Assembly (NCBI RefSeq): GCF_044324875.1
Contig: NZ_CP172186.1
Length of the DNA stretch: 64,000 bases
Reading direction: 5' to 3' (one strand)
Source: Escherichia coli
GTDB lineage: Bacteria > Pseudomonadota > Gammaproteobacteria > Enterobacterales > Enterobacteriaceae
Of this stretch, positions 1 through 10,436 are shown one piece after another. The notes beneath the pieces are model-generated. The model ran no database searches, was not told the origin of the DNA, and saw only the letters and a program-made list of their open reading frames with translations. How positions within the stretch are numbered: the first letter of the stretch is position 1; the number at the start of each line of letters is the position of its first letter. The position numbers and the translations under genes were made by a program.

Positions 1-855
1 ACGGTCATCACGGACGTAGACCCACAGCCGGGCTGTCCGGGTTTTACCGCTGCCCGGCTCCTGGACCGGGACGGGGATATCATCAGCATGGACTTTACCG
101 GGCATCAGCACATACTGGCGCAGGACGTCATACAGCGGCTCCAGCAGTTCAGCAACAGCACCTGTCCAGCGCCCCAGTGTGGCACGGCTCAGCTCCACTC
201 CCTGACGACGGTATATTTCTGACTGGCGGTATAACGGCAGATGGTCTGCATATTTCCCGGTGACAACATGGGCCAGAAGCCCCGCTCCGGCATAACTGCG
301 TGCAATGGGTTTTGAAGGTACTGGTGCCTGCACGATATGGTCGCACCGGCAACAGGCCTGTTTCGGACGTTGTGTTTCGATAACCTTAAAGGCGCTGCTG
401 ATAAGCTCCAGTTGCTCTGACACATCACATCCCAGAGAACTGAGTTCACCACCACAGGCAGGACAGCATTCCTCTTCCGGCCGGATAACCCGGGTTTCAC
501 GGGGAAGTGAGGCCGGTAACGGTTTACGGGCTGAAGACTGGCGCAGGGCGGATGGCAGTACCGGGTCATATTGCTCACCCAGCGTTTCCGCCATTTCTTC
601 CTGAAGTGCGCTGATTCGCTCCTGTGCTTCCTGTATCTGCCGTTCGGTTTTTGCACGAAGTTTTTCTGAGCTTTTACCGAACTGCATACGTTGCAGTTTC
701 GCAACCAGCGCCTTCAGCCGGTTGATTTCGGAAGCATAAGCCGCCACCCGCTGTGAGAGCAGGCGGTTGTATTCAGCCATCTGGCGGATGGTGTCCTGTT
801 GCGTCTGCAACAGTGCCCGCAGGCGGGCGTTCTCATGAGCAAGTGAGGTGTCCAT
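1..855 (-). CDS. tnpC: IS66-family transposase TnpC, N-terminal 285 codons (3' end outside window)
   Basis: Manual translation of minus strand from ATG at 855 is open to position 1: MDTSLAHENARLRALLQ...CCPACGG...[20 protein letters not shown]...LWVYVRDDR; colinear with the 512-aa TnpC at 8504-10042. Not in ORF track because it runs off the edge. Confidence 0.9.
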   Translation of the reverse strand, partial: MDTSLAHENARLRALLQTQQDTIRQMAEYNRLLSQRVAAYASEINRLKALVAKLQRMQFGKSSEKLRAKTERQIQEAQERISALQEEMAETLGEQYDPVLPSALRQSSARKPLPASLPRETRVIRPEEECCPACGGELSSLGCDVSEQLELISSAFKVIETQRPKQACCRCDHIVQAPVPSKPIARSYAGAGLLAHVVTGKYADHLPLYRQSEIYRRQGVELSRATLGRWTGAVAELLEPLYDVLRQYVLMPGKVHADDIPVPVQEPGSGKTRTARLWVYVRDDR

Positions 856-874
856 ATCCTCACTTTACAACGGG

Positions 875-1222
875 TTATATGCGGATTCCAGCGCGTTCCG
901 TTCGTTTCGGGTGCTTCCAGTTGATACCTTCAAGAAGCATGGATAACTGAGCCGGAGTAAGGTGCACCTTGCCGTCACGGGTGACTGGCCAGACGAAGCG
1001 GCCCCGCTCCAGGCGTTTGGTGAAGAGGCACAGTCCGTCACTGTCAGCCCACAACACTTTTATCTGGTCACCCCGGCGTCCGCGGAAGATGAACAGGTGT
1101 CCGGAGAACGGGTCATCCTTCAGGACGTTCTGAACTTTTGATGCCAGGCCGTTAAAGCCATTTCGCATATCGGTGATACCTGCAACCAGCCAGATACGCG
1201 AACCTGCAGGGAGAGATATCAT
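875..1222 (-). CDS. tnpB: IS66-family TnpB (orf2)
   Basis: 115 aa, about 75 percent identical to the TnpB at 8107-8454 ([17 protein letters not shown] motif). Confidence 0.9.
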   Translation of the reverse strand: MISLPAGSRIWLVAGITDMRNGFNGLASKVQNVLKDDPFSGHLFIFRGRRGDQIKVLWADSDGLCLFTKRLERGRFVWPVTRDGKVHLTPAQLSMLLEGINWKHPKRTERAGIRI

Positions 1223-1899
1223 CAGTGGCTGCTCCCTTTTATTTCGCGGATAAGTGTCTGTAATAACGCCGGCGTCAGTTTACCTTTAAGCCTGAGAGTT
1301 CCGGCCGGCAGAACCAGCTCACAACACAGACTGTCGGACGGTGTATTTATCTGCTCTGGTTCCTGTGCGGGGGCCGGGATTTTATTATCCGGCTCCGGCG
1401 TTAACGTCACGGGAAGCAGTGCCGGCATATTTTTTCCGGAAGGCAGCAGGCCACCTTTCCGGTATTGATGGCGCCAGTTGAAGAGCAGGTTATCGTTGAT
1501 TCCGTTTTCCCGGGCGATCTGCGCCACACAGGCTCCGGGCTGCAGTGACTGCTCCACTAAGGCGATTTTAAACTCATAAGGGAAGTTGGGCCGCCGGGGA
1601 CGTTTTTTTACCACGGGGGCTTCGGATATAACGGTGCTTTCAGGACGTACGACTGGTACCGTGGAAAATTGTCCGTAAAGGCAGGCATCAAGTTCCTGCT
1701 CCGACATGCCTGCGGGCAAAGGCCACGAAAGGCCAGCTCTCCGAAAGCGCACGAACATACTACAAACTGTTGATTTTGGTACACCCAGGCGACGCCCGGC
1801 CACAACCCGGGGTAAATGTTCTTCAAAGTGAAGACGTAAAGCTTCAGTGATCCAGGTCCGGTGTTTCATACGATAGTGTCCATTAAAAATGATGGACAT
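1222..1899 (-). CDS. tnpA: IS66-family TnpA (orf1); start codon uncertain
   Basis: C-terminal half matches IS66 orf1 of second copy (NDNLLFNWRHQYRKG...LRLKGKLTPALLQTLIREIK); upstream part of tracked ORF may be read-through. Confidence 0.75.
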   Translation of the reverse strand: MSIIFNGHYRMKHRTWITEALRLHFEEHLPRVVAGRRLGVPKSTVCSMFVRFRRAGLSWPLPAGMSEQELDACLYGQFSTVPVVRPESTVISEAPVVKKRPRRPNFPYEFKIALVEQSLQPGACVAQIARENGINDNLLFNWRHQYRKGGLLPSGKNMPALLPVTLTPEPDNKIPAPAQEPEQINTPSDSLCCELVLPAGTLRLKGKLTPALLQTLIREIKGSSH

Positions 1900-1952
1900 T
1901 ATTTTTGTAGAGCCGGAGGAAACAGACCAGACGGTTTAAATGAGCCGGTTAC

Positions 1953-2699
1953 GTTTTTCCAGCTCTTACGGTGTATTACCTCCGCTTTGTAAAGGCCATT
2001 GATGCTCTCCGCCATCGCGTTGTCATACGAGTCACCAGTACTTCCTGTTGATGCCAGTAATCCGGCTTCCTTAAGCCGCTGTGTGTAGGCCAGCGATACA
2101 TACTGAGAACCTTTATCACTGTGATGGACTGTGCCGGACGGTCGACGGGCCCATAACGCCTGCTCCAGAGCATCCAGCACGAATGTCGTTTCCATAGACG
2201 ATGAGACCCGCCACCCCACGATGTATCCGGCAAACACATCAATGATGAACGCCACATAGACGACCCCCTGCCATGTGCTGACGTAAGTAAAATCAGCCAC
2301 CCACAACTGGTCAGGACGTTCTGCCACAAACTGACGGTTTACGCGGTCGCCTGCGGCAACGGCTTTCCGGCTGACGGTAGTGCGGACCTTTTTACCCCGG
2401 AGAACACCGGCAAGTCCCATAACCGCCATGAGGCGCGCCACTGTACATCTGGCTACCCTGATTCCTTCCCGTAACAACTGACGCCAGACTTTACGCACAC
2501 CGTATACCTGATGATTCCCATCGTATACGCGCAGTATCTCTTTCTTCAGCCAGTCATCGCGCTGCGCACGGGCACTGCGTTTATAAGGATGATGTCGCTG
2601 TTGCTGACAGTGGTAATACGTTGACGGGGCAATATGTAGTTCACTGCATACCGGTCCGACCCCGTACAGCTTACGCAGCTTATCCAGCAGTGGCATCAC
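1953..2699 (-). pseudogene. IS3-family transposase OrfB, C-terminally truncated
   Basis: About 95 percent identical to orfB at 15556-16401 up to ...EVIHRKSWKN, then reads into IS66 sequence (tracked ORF 1899-2699). Confidence 0.8.
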
Positions 2700-3022
2700 T
2701 TTTTCCAGAGGCGGTCGAACTCCGCCTTCGCAAAATAAGCGGAAGCCTGGCGAAGGATATCGTTACTGCGGCGCAGTTCACGATTTTCACGTTCCAGCTC
2801 TTTCAGACGCTGACGTTCAGCGGTGGTGAGCCCGCCATCACCGCCTCCGGTATCCCGCTCATGCTGGCGTACCCAGACACGCAGAGTCTCCGGTGTACAG
2901 CCAATCTTTGGGGCAATGGAACAAATTGCCGCCCACTGTGAGTCATATTCGCCCTGACTTTCCAGAACCATACGAATCGCCCTCTGACGGACTTCGGGGG
3001 AAAAACGAGTATTTTTAGTCAT
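2696..3022 (-). CDS. IS3-family transposase OrfA (HTH)
   Basis: 108 aa [15 protein letters not shown]..., near-identical to 15208-15534 and 58909-59235. Confidence 0.9.
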   Translation of the reverse strand: MTKNTRFSPEVRQRAIRMVLESQGEYDSQWAAICSIAPKIGCTPETLRVWVRQHERDTGGGDGGLTTAERQRLKELERENRELRRSNDILRQASAYFAKAEFDRLWKK

Positions 3023-3076
3023 TCTGTTTACCTCTTTCTCAGGGAGTTTAGTCTCCAGGATTCCCGGGGCGGTTCA

Positions 3077-3631
3077 GTTTATGAAAACATATCATCATTC
3101 ATTCGAGATGTTTTTATACACTCTGAAGAAAATGATCTCATTCCTGATTTTCTTAATTCGACATTCGTTGACTGGGATGATGCAAAGTACATGACAGAAA
3201 GTATGAGCTTCGTACTGGAAGAAGTATCAGTTATCCTGAACAAAGAGAATACCGAAACAACAGAAATTTCTTATGATCAAAACCTGTATTCACTTCTGGC
3301 TCATCATAATCATATTACCCCTTGCTGGAATAATGTTATTTCTCTACTGAGTGAAGATGCGTCACTTGCTGGTGATACTTTTTGTAAGTGGCTTAATATT
3401 AATTATTCTTTATTGCCAAATGACTCGTTGCCTTTGACTGATGTTCAGTTCTCGCAATTACTTATTAAGGCTGTTACATCACCTCATATCAGTAAAGAAG
3501 CGTTAATAGCGATAACCATGGCATTTAGGATAACTCTTATTAATGTACCAGAAAACTTACCACTGAATAATGCTGCGGTACTAATCAAGCAAAAATGGCT
3601 GGCACCAACCAGTACTGTGTTTGAACAACTT
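3077..3631 (+). pseudogene. Internal fragment of a low-GC gene of unknown function, truncated 5' by IS629-like and 3' by IS1
   Basis: Frame of tracked ORF 3191-3658 is open upstream to the IS boundary at 3076 and its stop codon lies inside the IS1 IR; AT-rich composition. Confidence 0.4.
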
Positions 3632-3686
3632 GGTGATGCTGCCAACTTACTGATTTAGTGTATGATGGTGTTTTTGAGGTGCTCCA

Positions 3687-3962
3687 GTGGCTTCTGTTTC
3701 TATCAGCTGTCCCTCCTGTTCAGCTACTGACGGGGTGGTGCGTAACGGCAAAAGCACCGCCGGACATCAGCGCTATCTCTGCTCTCACTGCCGTAAAACA
3801 TGGCAACTGCAGTTCACTTACACCGCTTCTCAACCCGGTACGCACCAGAAAATCATTGATATGGCCATGAATGGCGTTGGATGCCGGGCAACTGCCCGCA
3901 TTATGGGCGTTGGCCTCAACACGATTTTACGTCACTTAAAAAACTCAGGCCGCAGTCGGTAA
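3687..3962 (+). CDS. insA: IS1 InsA
   Basis: 91 aa [40 protein letters not shown]... Confidence 0.95.
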
Positions 3963-4384
3963 CCTCGCGCATACAGCCGGGCAGTGACGTCATCGTCTGC
4001 GCGGAAATGGACGAACAGTGGGGCTATGTCGGGGCTAAATCGCGCCAGCGCTGGCTGTTTTACGCGTATGACAGGCTCCGGAAGACGGTTGTTGCGCACG
4101 TATTCTGTGAACGCACGATGGCGACGCTGGGGCGTCTTATGAGCCTGCTGTCACCCTTTGACGTGGTGATATGGATGACGGATGGCTGGCCGCTGTATGA
4201 ATCCCGCCTGAAGGGAAAGCTGCACGTAATCAGCAAGCGATATACGCAGCGAATTGAGCGGCATAACCTGAATCTGAGGCAGCACCTGGCACGGCTGGGA
4301 CGGAAGTCGCTGTCGTTCTCAAAATCGGTGGAGCTGCATGACAAAGTCATCGGGCATTATCTGAACATAAAACACTATCAATAA
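3881..4384 (+). CDS. insB: IS1 InsB (expressed as InsAB' by frameshift)
   Basis: 167 aa, overlapping insA in -1 frame. Confidence 0.9.
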
Positions 4385-4399
4385 GTTGGAGTCATTACC

Positions 4400-4542
4400 T
4401 AACAAGAGATAAAATCCCCTTCTATATGCTTTCAAAAAATAGTATAAATCGTTATTCTGATATGAGTGATTTTATTCAATCCAATAATGAAACAACTCCA
4501 GAAAAGGCATTTATTAAAGAAGTTATGGGAACAGGGGACTGA
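4400..4542 (+). pseudogene. 3' remnant (about 46 codons) of the gene that preceded mcbG, truncated by IS1
   Basis: Frame is open from the IS1 junction to a TGA 4 nt before the mcbG-like start (...PEKAFIKEVMGTGD*). Confidence 0.35.
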
Positions 4543-4545
4543 CAC

Positions 4546-5109
4546 ATGGATATAATAGAAAAAAGAATCACAAAACGACACCTCAGTGAAAGTAAATTAT
4601 CAGGTGTAAATTATTACAATTGTATATTTGAACGAATACAGCTTGACAACTTTAACTTTCGCGATTGTGAGTTCGAAAAATGTCGCTTCGTAAACTGCTC
4701 AATAAAGAATTTAAAACTTAATTTTTTTAAACTTATTGACTGTGAATTCAAAGATTGTTTATTACAAGGAGTAAATGCAGCAGACATTATGTTTCCCTGT
4801 ACTTTTTCTCTTGTAAATTGTGATTTGAGATTTGTTGATTTTATTAGTTTACGGTTACAGAAATCTGTTTTTTTATCCAGTCGCTTCCGTGATTGTTTAT
4901 TTGAGGAAACAGACCTTCGTAAATCTGATTTTACTGGTTCGGAGTTTAATAATACAGAGTTCAGACATTCTGATTTGTCTCACTGTGATTTTTCAATGAC
5001 AGAAGGTCTCGATATAAATCCTGAGATAAACAGGATCTTATCTATAAAGATACCACAGGAAGCAGGTTTAAAAATACTTAAACGAATGGGAGTGGTTGTA
5101 GGGGGATGA
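4546..5109 (+). CDS. mcbG: Pentapeptide-repeat protein, McbG-like (microcin B17 immunity / gyrase protection; Qnr-like fold)
   Basis: 187 aa; MDIIEK... N-terminus and LGVVVGG C-terminus as in Qnr/McbG proteins; tandem pentapeptide repeats (CEFEKCRFVNCSIKNLKL...); AT-rich. Confidence 0.6.
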   Translation: MDIIEKRITKRHLSESKLSGVNYYNCIFERIQLDNFNFRDCEFEKCRFVNCSIKNLKLNFFKLIDCEFKDCLLQGVNAADIMFPCTFSLVNCDLRFVDFISLRLQKSVFLSSRFRDCLFEETDLRKSDFTGSEFNNTEFRHSDLSHCDFSMTEGLDINPEINRILSIKIPQEAGLKILKRMGVVVGG

Positions 5110-5511
5110 GGTGAGTAGACCCGCCGGTTGCCCGGACGGGCCCCTCCTCAGAACCGGACCTGCGGAACTACCGCATCCGGCTCCCGACAGATCAGTGTCC
5201 CCACACATATTTCAGAAAGAATGGAACATTGACTGAGTTCTCCATCTCGATGGGTATCCCAGCATTTTGAGAATCAGATCCAGCTTTTCTCATGTCATTG
5301 GGTGTGGGGTTTGAAGCCCAATGGAGCGGAAACGTACGCTAAGAAGCTAACTATATGATTTTAAGTCAATAAAGTCGTGGCGTTGTTAGGCAGGTTTACG
5401 TTGATTTGATTACCGAGTTTATTAACACTGAAAGTCCCTGAAACCGCATGGCTACTGGCATTGACGGGAAGAGTAAACAAAACCCTCGTTTTCTTTACTC
5501 ACCTCTTCTGC

Positions 5512-5814
5512 TCAAAAAATGAACTTAGCGTACGATCTCGTACGGTTGGGCCTCAAACCCCTTGTATCAATAGATTCAGTCAATGATCGGAAAGCAATGC
5601 CACGAATTTTCAGGTCTTCAATAATTCGGAGCAAATGTGAGAGTGAACGACCAAGTCGATCCAGTTTCCAGACTATCAGTACATCACCTTCGCGAAGTTC
5701 AGCGAGACAGGACTTAAGTCCCGGGCGATTATCACGAGCACCTGAAGCATGATCCTGATGTAAATGCCGGGGATCCACTCCGGCAGCAATCAACGCATCA
5801 CGCTGTAAAGCAAC
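5512..5814 (-). pseudogene. Serine recombinase (resolvase/invertase) fragment, N-terminus removed by IS66-family insertion
   Basis: ...YVALQRDAL..SGARDNRPGL...GDVLIVWKLDRLGRSL...SLTESIDT matches Hin/Gin/resolvase catalytic domain; catalytic Ser region absent; premature end. Confidence 0.7.
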
Positions 5815-6500
5815 GTAAGCGTCAACGGAGCACCGTATTGACGCTTATTTATTGGTGAGTACTACGTTCCATGGCAGGAGTTCGTCAACTCGGTTGGAAA
5901 GCCATTCCGGCAGTACGCTCAGAATATGGCGCAGATACGCTTCCGGATCGATACCGTTCAGACGGCAGGTGCCGATCAGCCCGTACAGCAGTGCACCACG
6001 CTCGCCGCCGTGATCGCTACCGAAGAACACGTAATTTTTCTTTCCGAGACAGACTGCACGAAGCGCTCTTTCCGCTGTGTTATTGTCCGCCTCCGCCAGA
6101 CCGTCATCACAGAAGTTGCACAACGCAACCCAGTGCTTCCTGATATACCGGAACGCATCTCTCAGACGGCATTTTTTCGATAACGTGTGTTCTTTCTCCT
6201 GCATCAGCTTATACAGGGAAGTCAGTAGCGGTTTACTCTGCATTTGCCTGACCGCCAGGCGTTCAGACACCGGCAACCCGCGTATTTCGTGCTCAATGGC
6301 GTACAGTTCGGGCATCAGGATTATGCCGCTTTCCTCACAGAGAGGAATTATCGTAGCATTCCCCGTAGTGATGCCATGTGGCAACTGGCTGTCCAGCTGG
6401 GAAATAGTGGATTTATCAGGCCGCCGAAACTTACTCACGCTGATACACGTATTCGTATAGAGCCCTTTTTTAACGCTGAAAATGAATACGACTGACATCG
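5815..6500 (-). mobile_element. IS66-family element, 3' fragment with terminal IR
   Basis: Terminal GTAAGCGTCAACGGAGCACCGTATTGACG at 5815 resembles the IS66 IR; contains tnpC C-terminal coding region. Confidence 0.7.
5845..6498 (-). pseudogene. IS66-family TnpC, C-terminal fragment
   Basis: ...[54 protein letters not shown]... aligns with C-terminus of TnpC at 8504-10042. Confidence 0.8.
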
Positions 6501-6510
6501 CAAAATAGTG

Positions 6511-6535
6511 GTAAGGCCGTCGGGGGCGGCCTTAC
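6511..6535 (-). terminator. Stem-loop downstream of vapC copy 1
   Basis: GTAAGGCCG-tcggggg-CGGCCTTAC, followed on the minus strand by a T-rich run. Confidence 0.45.
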
Positions 6536-6539
6536 TCCT

Positions 6540-6956
6540 TTATCCTGCCCAGTCTTCCAGTACCAGTCCAGGCACCCGCTCAAACTCTCTCACATTATTC
6601 GTCACCAGTATTGCCCCGGTGGCGATGGCGTGCCCGGCGATCGCCGTGTCGTTCGGACCGATCGGCGTGCCGGCGAGGCGCAGCGCCACCTTAACCTCCG
6701 TGGTTGCATCCACCGCAGCGCGATCCCAGGGCAGGATGGCATCGAGACGGGCGCAGAACGCGTCAACCAGCTGCACGTGGCGTGGCGATGCCTTTGGACC
6801 GGTGGCGCCGAAGCGCATCTCGGAGTAGGTGATGGCCGAGACCACTATACGGTGACCGCGCAGCACCGCCTGCTCCAGATTCTTAAGCACTGCTTCAGGC
6901 TGCTCGCGCATGATGAACGAGCAGATGTTCGTGTCGAGCATATAGATCTTGTTCAC
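6540..6956 (-). CDS. vapC: VapC toxin (PIN-domain RNase), copy 1
   Basis: 138 aa MNKIYMLDTNICSFIM...; overlaps vapB by 4 nt. Confidence 0.9.
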   Translation of the reverse strand: MNKIYMLDTNICSFIMREQPEAVLKNLEQAVLRGHRIVVSAITYSEMRFGATGPKASPRHVQLVDAFCARLDAILPWDRAAVDATTEVKVALRLAGTPIGPNDTAIAGHAIATGAILVTNNVREFERVPGLVLEDWAG

Positions 6957-7183
6957 AGGTTAAATCGTCCTTCGTCGCAGACAACGTCCTCGCGTTCCGT
7001 CATAAAGCCCGGATCGGCCTTTTCTAGCTCCAGGAATGAGCTCCAGCTCGGGCGGAGGGGACGCAGAATGATTCTGTCCCCTTCCCGTACAATCTCCAGC
7101 TCACTCACCCCCTCAAAATCCAGATCGCGGGGCAGACGGATCGCGCGGTTATTGCCATTTTTGAAAATAGATACGGTTCTCAT
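6953..7183 (-). CDS. vapB: VapB antitoxin (AbrB/SpoVT-type), copy 1
   Basis: 76 aa MRTVSIFKNGNNRAIRLPRDLDFEG... Confidence 0.9.
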   Translation of the reverse strand: MRTVSIFKNGNNRAIRLPRDLDFEGVSELEIVREGDRIILRPLRPSWSSFLELEKADPGFMTEREDVVCDEGRFNL

Positions 7184-7222
7184 GTCTTCCTCCTGGCAAG
7201 ATGGCTTTTATATATGTTTAGT

Positions 7223-7301
7223 ATATGCAGATGTGATACATATGTATATGTTATAGATATGCAGATGTGTGAGATATGCGTATGCCTGTCATATGCAGAT
7301 G
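7223..7301. promoter_or_regulatory. Three direct ATATGCAGATG repeats at exact 34-bp spacing upstream of vapB copy 1
   Basis: Repeats start at 7223, 7257, 7291; an inverted copy (TATCTGCATG) follows at about 7324. Confidence 0.4.
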
Positions 7302-7708
7302 CCAAACATATGGATATGCATGGTATCTGCATGTTTCTCTCTTTTTTCACCGGGATCCGAAAAATATCAGTCACGGATCTTCCTCTCCCCCACACAACAC
7401 CACCTCCTGTAAGTACAACATGTAGTACTTCCTTCGGCTGCTCATGACACTATATGTTGTGTTATTTCCCTGACTTGTGATGCGCCACGCAGGGGCGGAA
7501 AACAGCGATATGATGATTTCCTCATCGTGTAGACTGGCCCCCTGAATCTCCAGACAACCAGTATCACTTATTTAAGTGATAGTCTTAATACTAGTTTTTA
7601 GACTAGTCATTGGAGAGCAGATGATTGATGTCTTAGGGTAAGCGTACAGCCTGAACCGTCTGGTCAGAATCTGACGAATTAGACAAAGTGGTGTCCACCA
7701 AATAAGTA

Positions 7709-8110
7709 GTGGGAACCAAAGTGTCAGATATGCAGAAAAATGTGACTCCCGGCAGGCGAAAAGGCTGCCCTAATTATCCTCCCGAATTTAAACAGCAGCT
7801 CGTTGCTGCCTCCTGTGAACCCGGGATATCCATCTCAAAACTTGCTCTTGAAAATGGCATTAACGCCAATCTGTTGTTCAAATGGCGACAACAATGGCGC
7901 GAGGGAAAGCTGCTATTACCTTCTTCAGAGAGCCCCCAGCTACTTCCTGTGACTCTCGATGCAGCTGCCGAACAGCCAGAATCGCTCGCAGAGGACCCGG
8001 AAACCCTCAGTATCAGCTGTGAGGTAACGTTCCGGCACGGGACGCTCCGCTTCAATGGCAATGTCAGCGAAAAGCTCCTGACTCTGCTGATACAGGAACT
8101 GAAGCGATGA
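7709..8110 (+). CDS. tnpA: IS66-family TnpA (orf1)
   Basis: 133 aa, HTH-containing. Confidence 0.9.
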   Translation: MGTKVSDMQKNVTPGRRKGCPNYPPEFKQQLVAASCEPGISISKLALENGINANLLFKWRQQWREGKLLLPSSESPQLLPVTLDAAAEQPESLAEDPETLSISCEVTFRHGTLRFNGNVSEKLLTLLIQELKR

Positions 8111-8454
8111 TCCCTTTACCTTCCGGGACCAAAATTTGGCTGGTTGCCGGTATCACCGATATGAGAAATGGCTTCAACGGCCTGGCTGCGAAAGTACAGA
8201 CGGCGCTGAAAGACGATCCCATGTCCGGCCATGTTTTCATTTTCCGGGGCCGCAGCGGCAGTCAGGTTAAACTGCTGTGGTCCACCGGTGACGGACTGTG
8301 CCTCCTGACCAAACGGCTGGAGCGTGGGCGCTTCGCCTGGCCGTCAGCCCGTGATGGCAAAGTGTTCCTTACACAGGCGCAGCTGGCGATGCTGCTGGAA
8401 GGTATCGACTGGCGACAGCCTAAGCGGCTGCTGACCTCCCTGACCATGCTGTAA
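8107..8454 (+). CDS. tnpB: IS66-family TnpB (orf2)
   Basis: 115 aa; overlaps tnpA stop. Confidence 0.9.
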   Translation: MIPLPSGTKIWLVAGITDMRNGFNGLAAKVQTALKDDPMSGHVFIFRGRSGSQVKLLWSTGDGLCLLTKRLERGRFAWPSARDGKVFLTQAQLAMLLEGIDWRQPKRLLTSLTML

Positions 8455-8503
8455 ATCTCTTTATCCTGGTTGTCACAGAATAAGCCCGGTAAAATACGGG
8501 CTT

Positions 8504-10042
8504 ATGAACGACATCTCTTCTGACGACATCTTCCTGCTGAAACAGCGCCTGGCCGAACAGGAAGCGCTGATCCACGCCCTGCAGGAAAAGCTGAGCAACC
8601 GGGAGCGCGAAATAGACCATCTGCAGGCGCAGCTGGATAAACTCCGCCGGATGAACTTCGGCAGTCGTTCCGAAAAAGTCTCCCGCCGTATCGCACAAAT
8701 GGAAGCCGATCTGAACCAGCTTCAGAAAGAGAGCGATACGCTGACTGGTAGGGTGTATGACCCGGCAGTACAGCGTCCGTTGCGTCAGACCCGCATCCGT
8801 AAGCCGTTCCCTGAATCACTACCCCGTGACGAAAAGCGACTGTTGCCTGCGGCGCCGTGCTGCCCGAACTGCGGCGGTTCACTGAGCTATCTGGGCGAGG
8901 ATACCGCCGAACAGCTGGAGTTGATGCGTAGCGCCTTCCGGGTTATCCGGACGGTACGGGAAAAACATGCCTGTACTCAGTGCGATGCCATCGTGCAGGC
9001 ACCTGCACCTTCGCGGCCCATCGAGCGGGGTATCGCCGGACCGGGGCTGCTGGCCCGCGTGCTGACCTCGAAGTATGCAGAGCACACCCCGCTGTATCGC
9101 CAGTCAGAAATATACGGCCGGCAAGGTGTGGAGCTGAGCCGTTCACTGCTGTCGGGCTGGGTGGATGCATGCTGCCGGCTGCTGTCTCCGCTGGAAGAGG
9201 CGCTTCATGGCTATGTCATGACTGACGGCAAACTCCATGCCGATGATACCCCGGTCCAGGTACTGATGCCGGGTAATAAGAAGACGAAGACCGGGCGGTT
9301 GTGGGCGTATGTTCGTGATGACCGCAATGCCGGGTCAGCGTTGGCACCTGCAGTGTGGTTCGCTTACAGCCCGGACAGAAAAGGCATCCATCCGCAGACT
9401 CATCTTGCTTGCTTCAGCGGTGTGCTGCAAGCGGATGCGTACGCCGGGTTCAACGAGCTGTATCGCAATGGTGGGATAACGGAAGCTGCCTGCTGGGCTC
9501 ATGCCCGCCGAAAGATCCACGATGTGCACGTCCGCATCCCGTCAGCACTGACGGAAGAAGCCCTGGAGCAGATCGGTCAGTTGTACGCCATAGAGGCGGA
9601 TATAAGGGGAATGCCGGCAGAGCAGCGGCTTGCTGAACGTCAGCGAAAAACGAAACCGCTGTTGAAATCCCTGGAAAGCTGGTTGCGTGAAAAGATGAAG
9701 ACCCTGTCGCGACACTCAGAGTTGGCGAAGGCGTTCGCGTACGCACTTAACCAGTGGCCGGCACTGACGTACTATGCGAACGATGGCTGGGTGGAAATCG
9801 ACAACAACATCGCTGAAAATGCCCTGCGGGCGGTAAGTCTGGGTCGTAAAAACTTCCTGTTCTTCGGCTCTGGCCATGGTGGTGAGCGGGGAGCGCTACT
9901 GTACAGCCTGATAGGGACGTGCAAACTGAATGACGTGGATCCAGAAAGCTACCTTCGCCATGTGCTTGGCGTCATAGCAGACTGGCCGGTCAACCGGGTC
10001 AGCGAACTGCTTCCGTGGCGCATAGCACTGCCAGCTGAATAA
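8504..10042 (+). CDS. tnpC: IS66-family transposase TnpC
   Basis: 512 aa; N-terminal leucine zipper, CxxC...C zinc motif, DDE core. Confidence 0.95.
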
Positions 10043-10087
10043 CACATCCCCGTCAATACGGCCCTCGCTGTACGCTTACGTCTTAGG

Positions 10088-10436
10088 ACCGGAGAAACGC
10101 AGACGGCGTACCACACAGGAAAAGATCGCAATTGTTCAGCAGAGCTTTGAACCGGGGATGACGGTCTCCCTCGTTGCCCGGCAACATGGTGTAGCAGCCA
10201 GCCAGTTATTTCTCTGGCGTAAGCAATACCAGGAAGGAAGTCTTACTGCTGTCGCCGCCGGAGAACAGGTTGTTCCTGCCTCTGAACTTGCTGCCGCCAT
10301 GAAGCAGATTAAAGAACTCCAGCGCCTGCTCGGCAAGAAAACGATGGAAAATGAACTCCTCAAAGAAGCCGTTGAATATGGACGGGCAAAAAAGTGGATA
10401 GCGCACGCGCCCTTATTGCCCGGGGATGGGGAGTAA
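10088..10436 (+). pseudogene. insC: IS2 insC (OrfA), split by the IS66 insertion after codon 6
   Basis: ATGATTGATGTCTTAGGG at 7621-7638 encodes MIDVLG; remainder [18 protein letters not shown]... resumes at 10088. Confidence 0.85.

Larger units (their letters stand above)
1..1952 (-). mobile_element. IS66-family insertion sequence, copy 1 (partial, continues past window start)
   Basis: tnpA-tnpB-tnpC order on minus strand; terminal sequence (revcomp of 1921-1952) GTAACCGGCTCATTTAAACCGTCTGG resembles the IR of the second IS66-family element; IS3-family orfB sequence resumes at 1953. Confidence 0.85.
1953..3076 (-). mobile_element. IS3-family element (IS629/IS1203-like), copy A, 3' end deleted by IS66 insertion
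   Basis: Left IR TGAACCGCCCCGGGAATCCTGGAGAC (revcomp of 3051-3076); orfA/orfB arrangement; sequence stops abruptly at IS66 terminus. Confidence 0.8.
3632..4399 (+). mobile_element. IS1 (768 bp)
   Basis: Ends GGTGATGCTGCCAACTTACTGAT ... GTTGGAGTCATTACC; insA/insB organisation; flanking 9-mers differ (no target duplication). Confidence 0.95.
7638..10079 (+). mobile_element. IS66-family insertion sequence, copy 2 (complete, 2442 bp) with 8-bp TSD GTCTTAGG
   Basis: IRs GTAAGCGTACAGCCTGAACC... / ...CGCTGTACGCTTAC; direct repeat GTCTTAGG at 7630-7637 and 10080-10087; tnpA-tnpB-tnpC. Confidence 0.9.

Noticed and set aside
189-704. 171-aa minus-strand ORF in the track
   Set aside because: It is an alternative frame lying entirely within the IS66-family tnpC coding region (1-855), which translates cleanly in another frame to a TnpC N-terminus.
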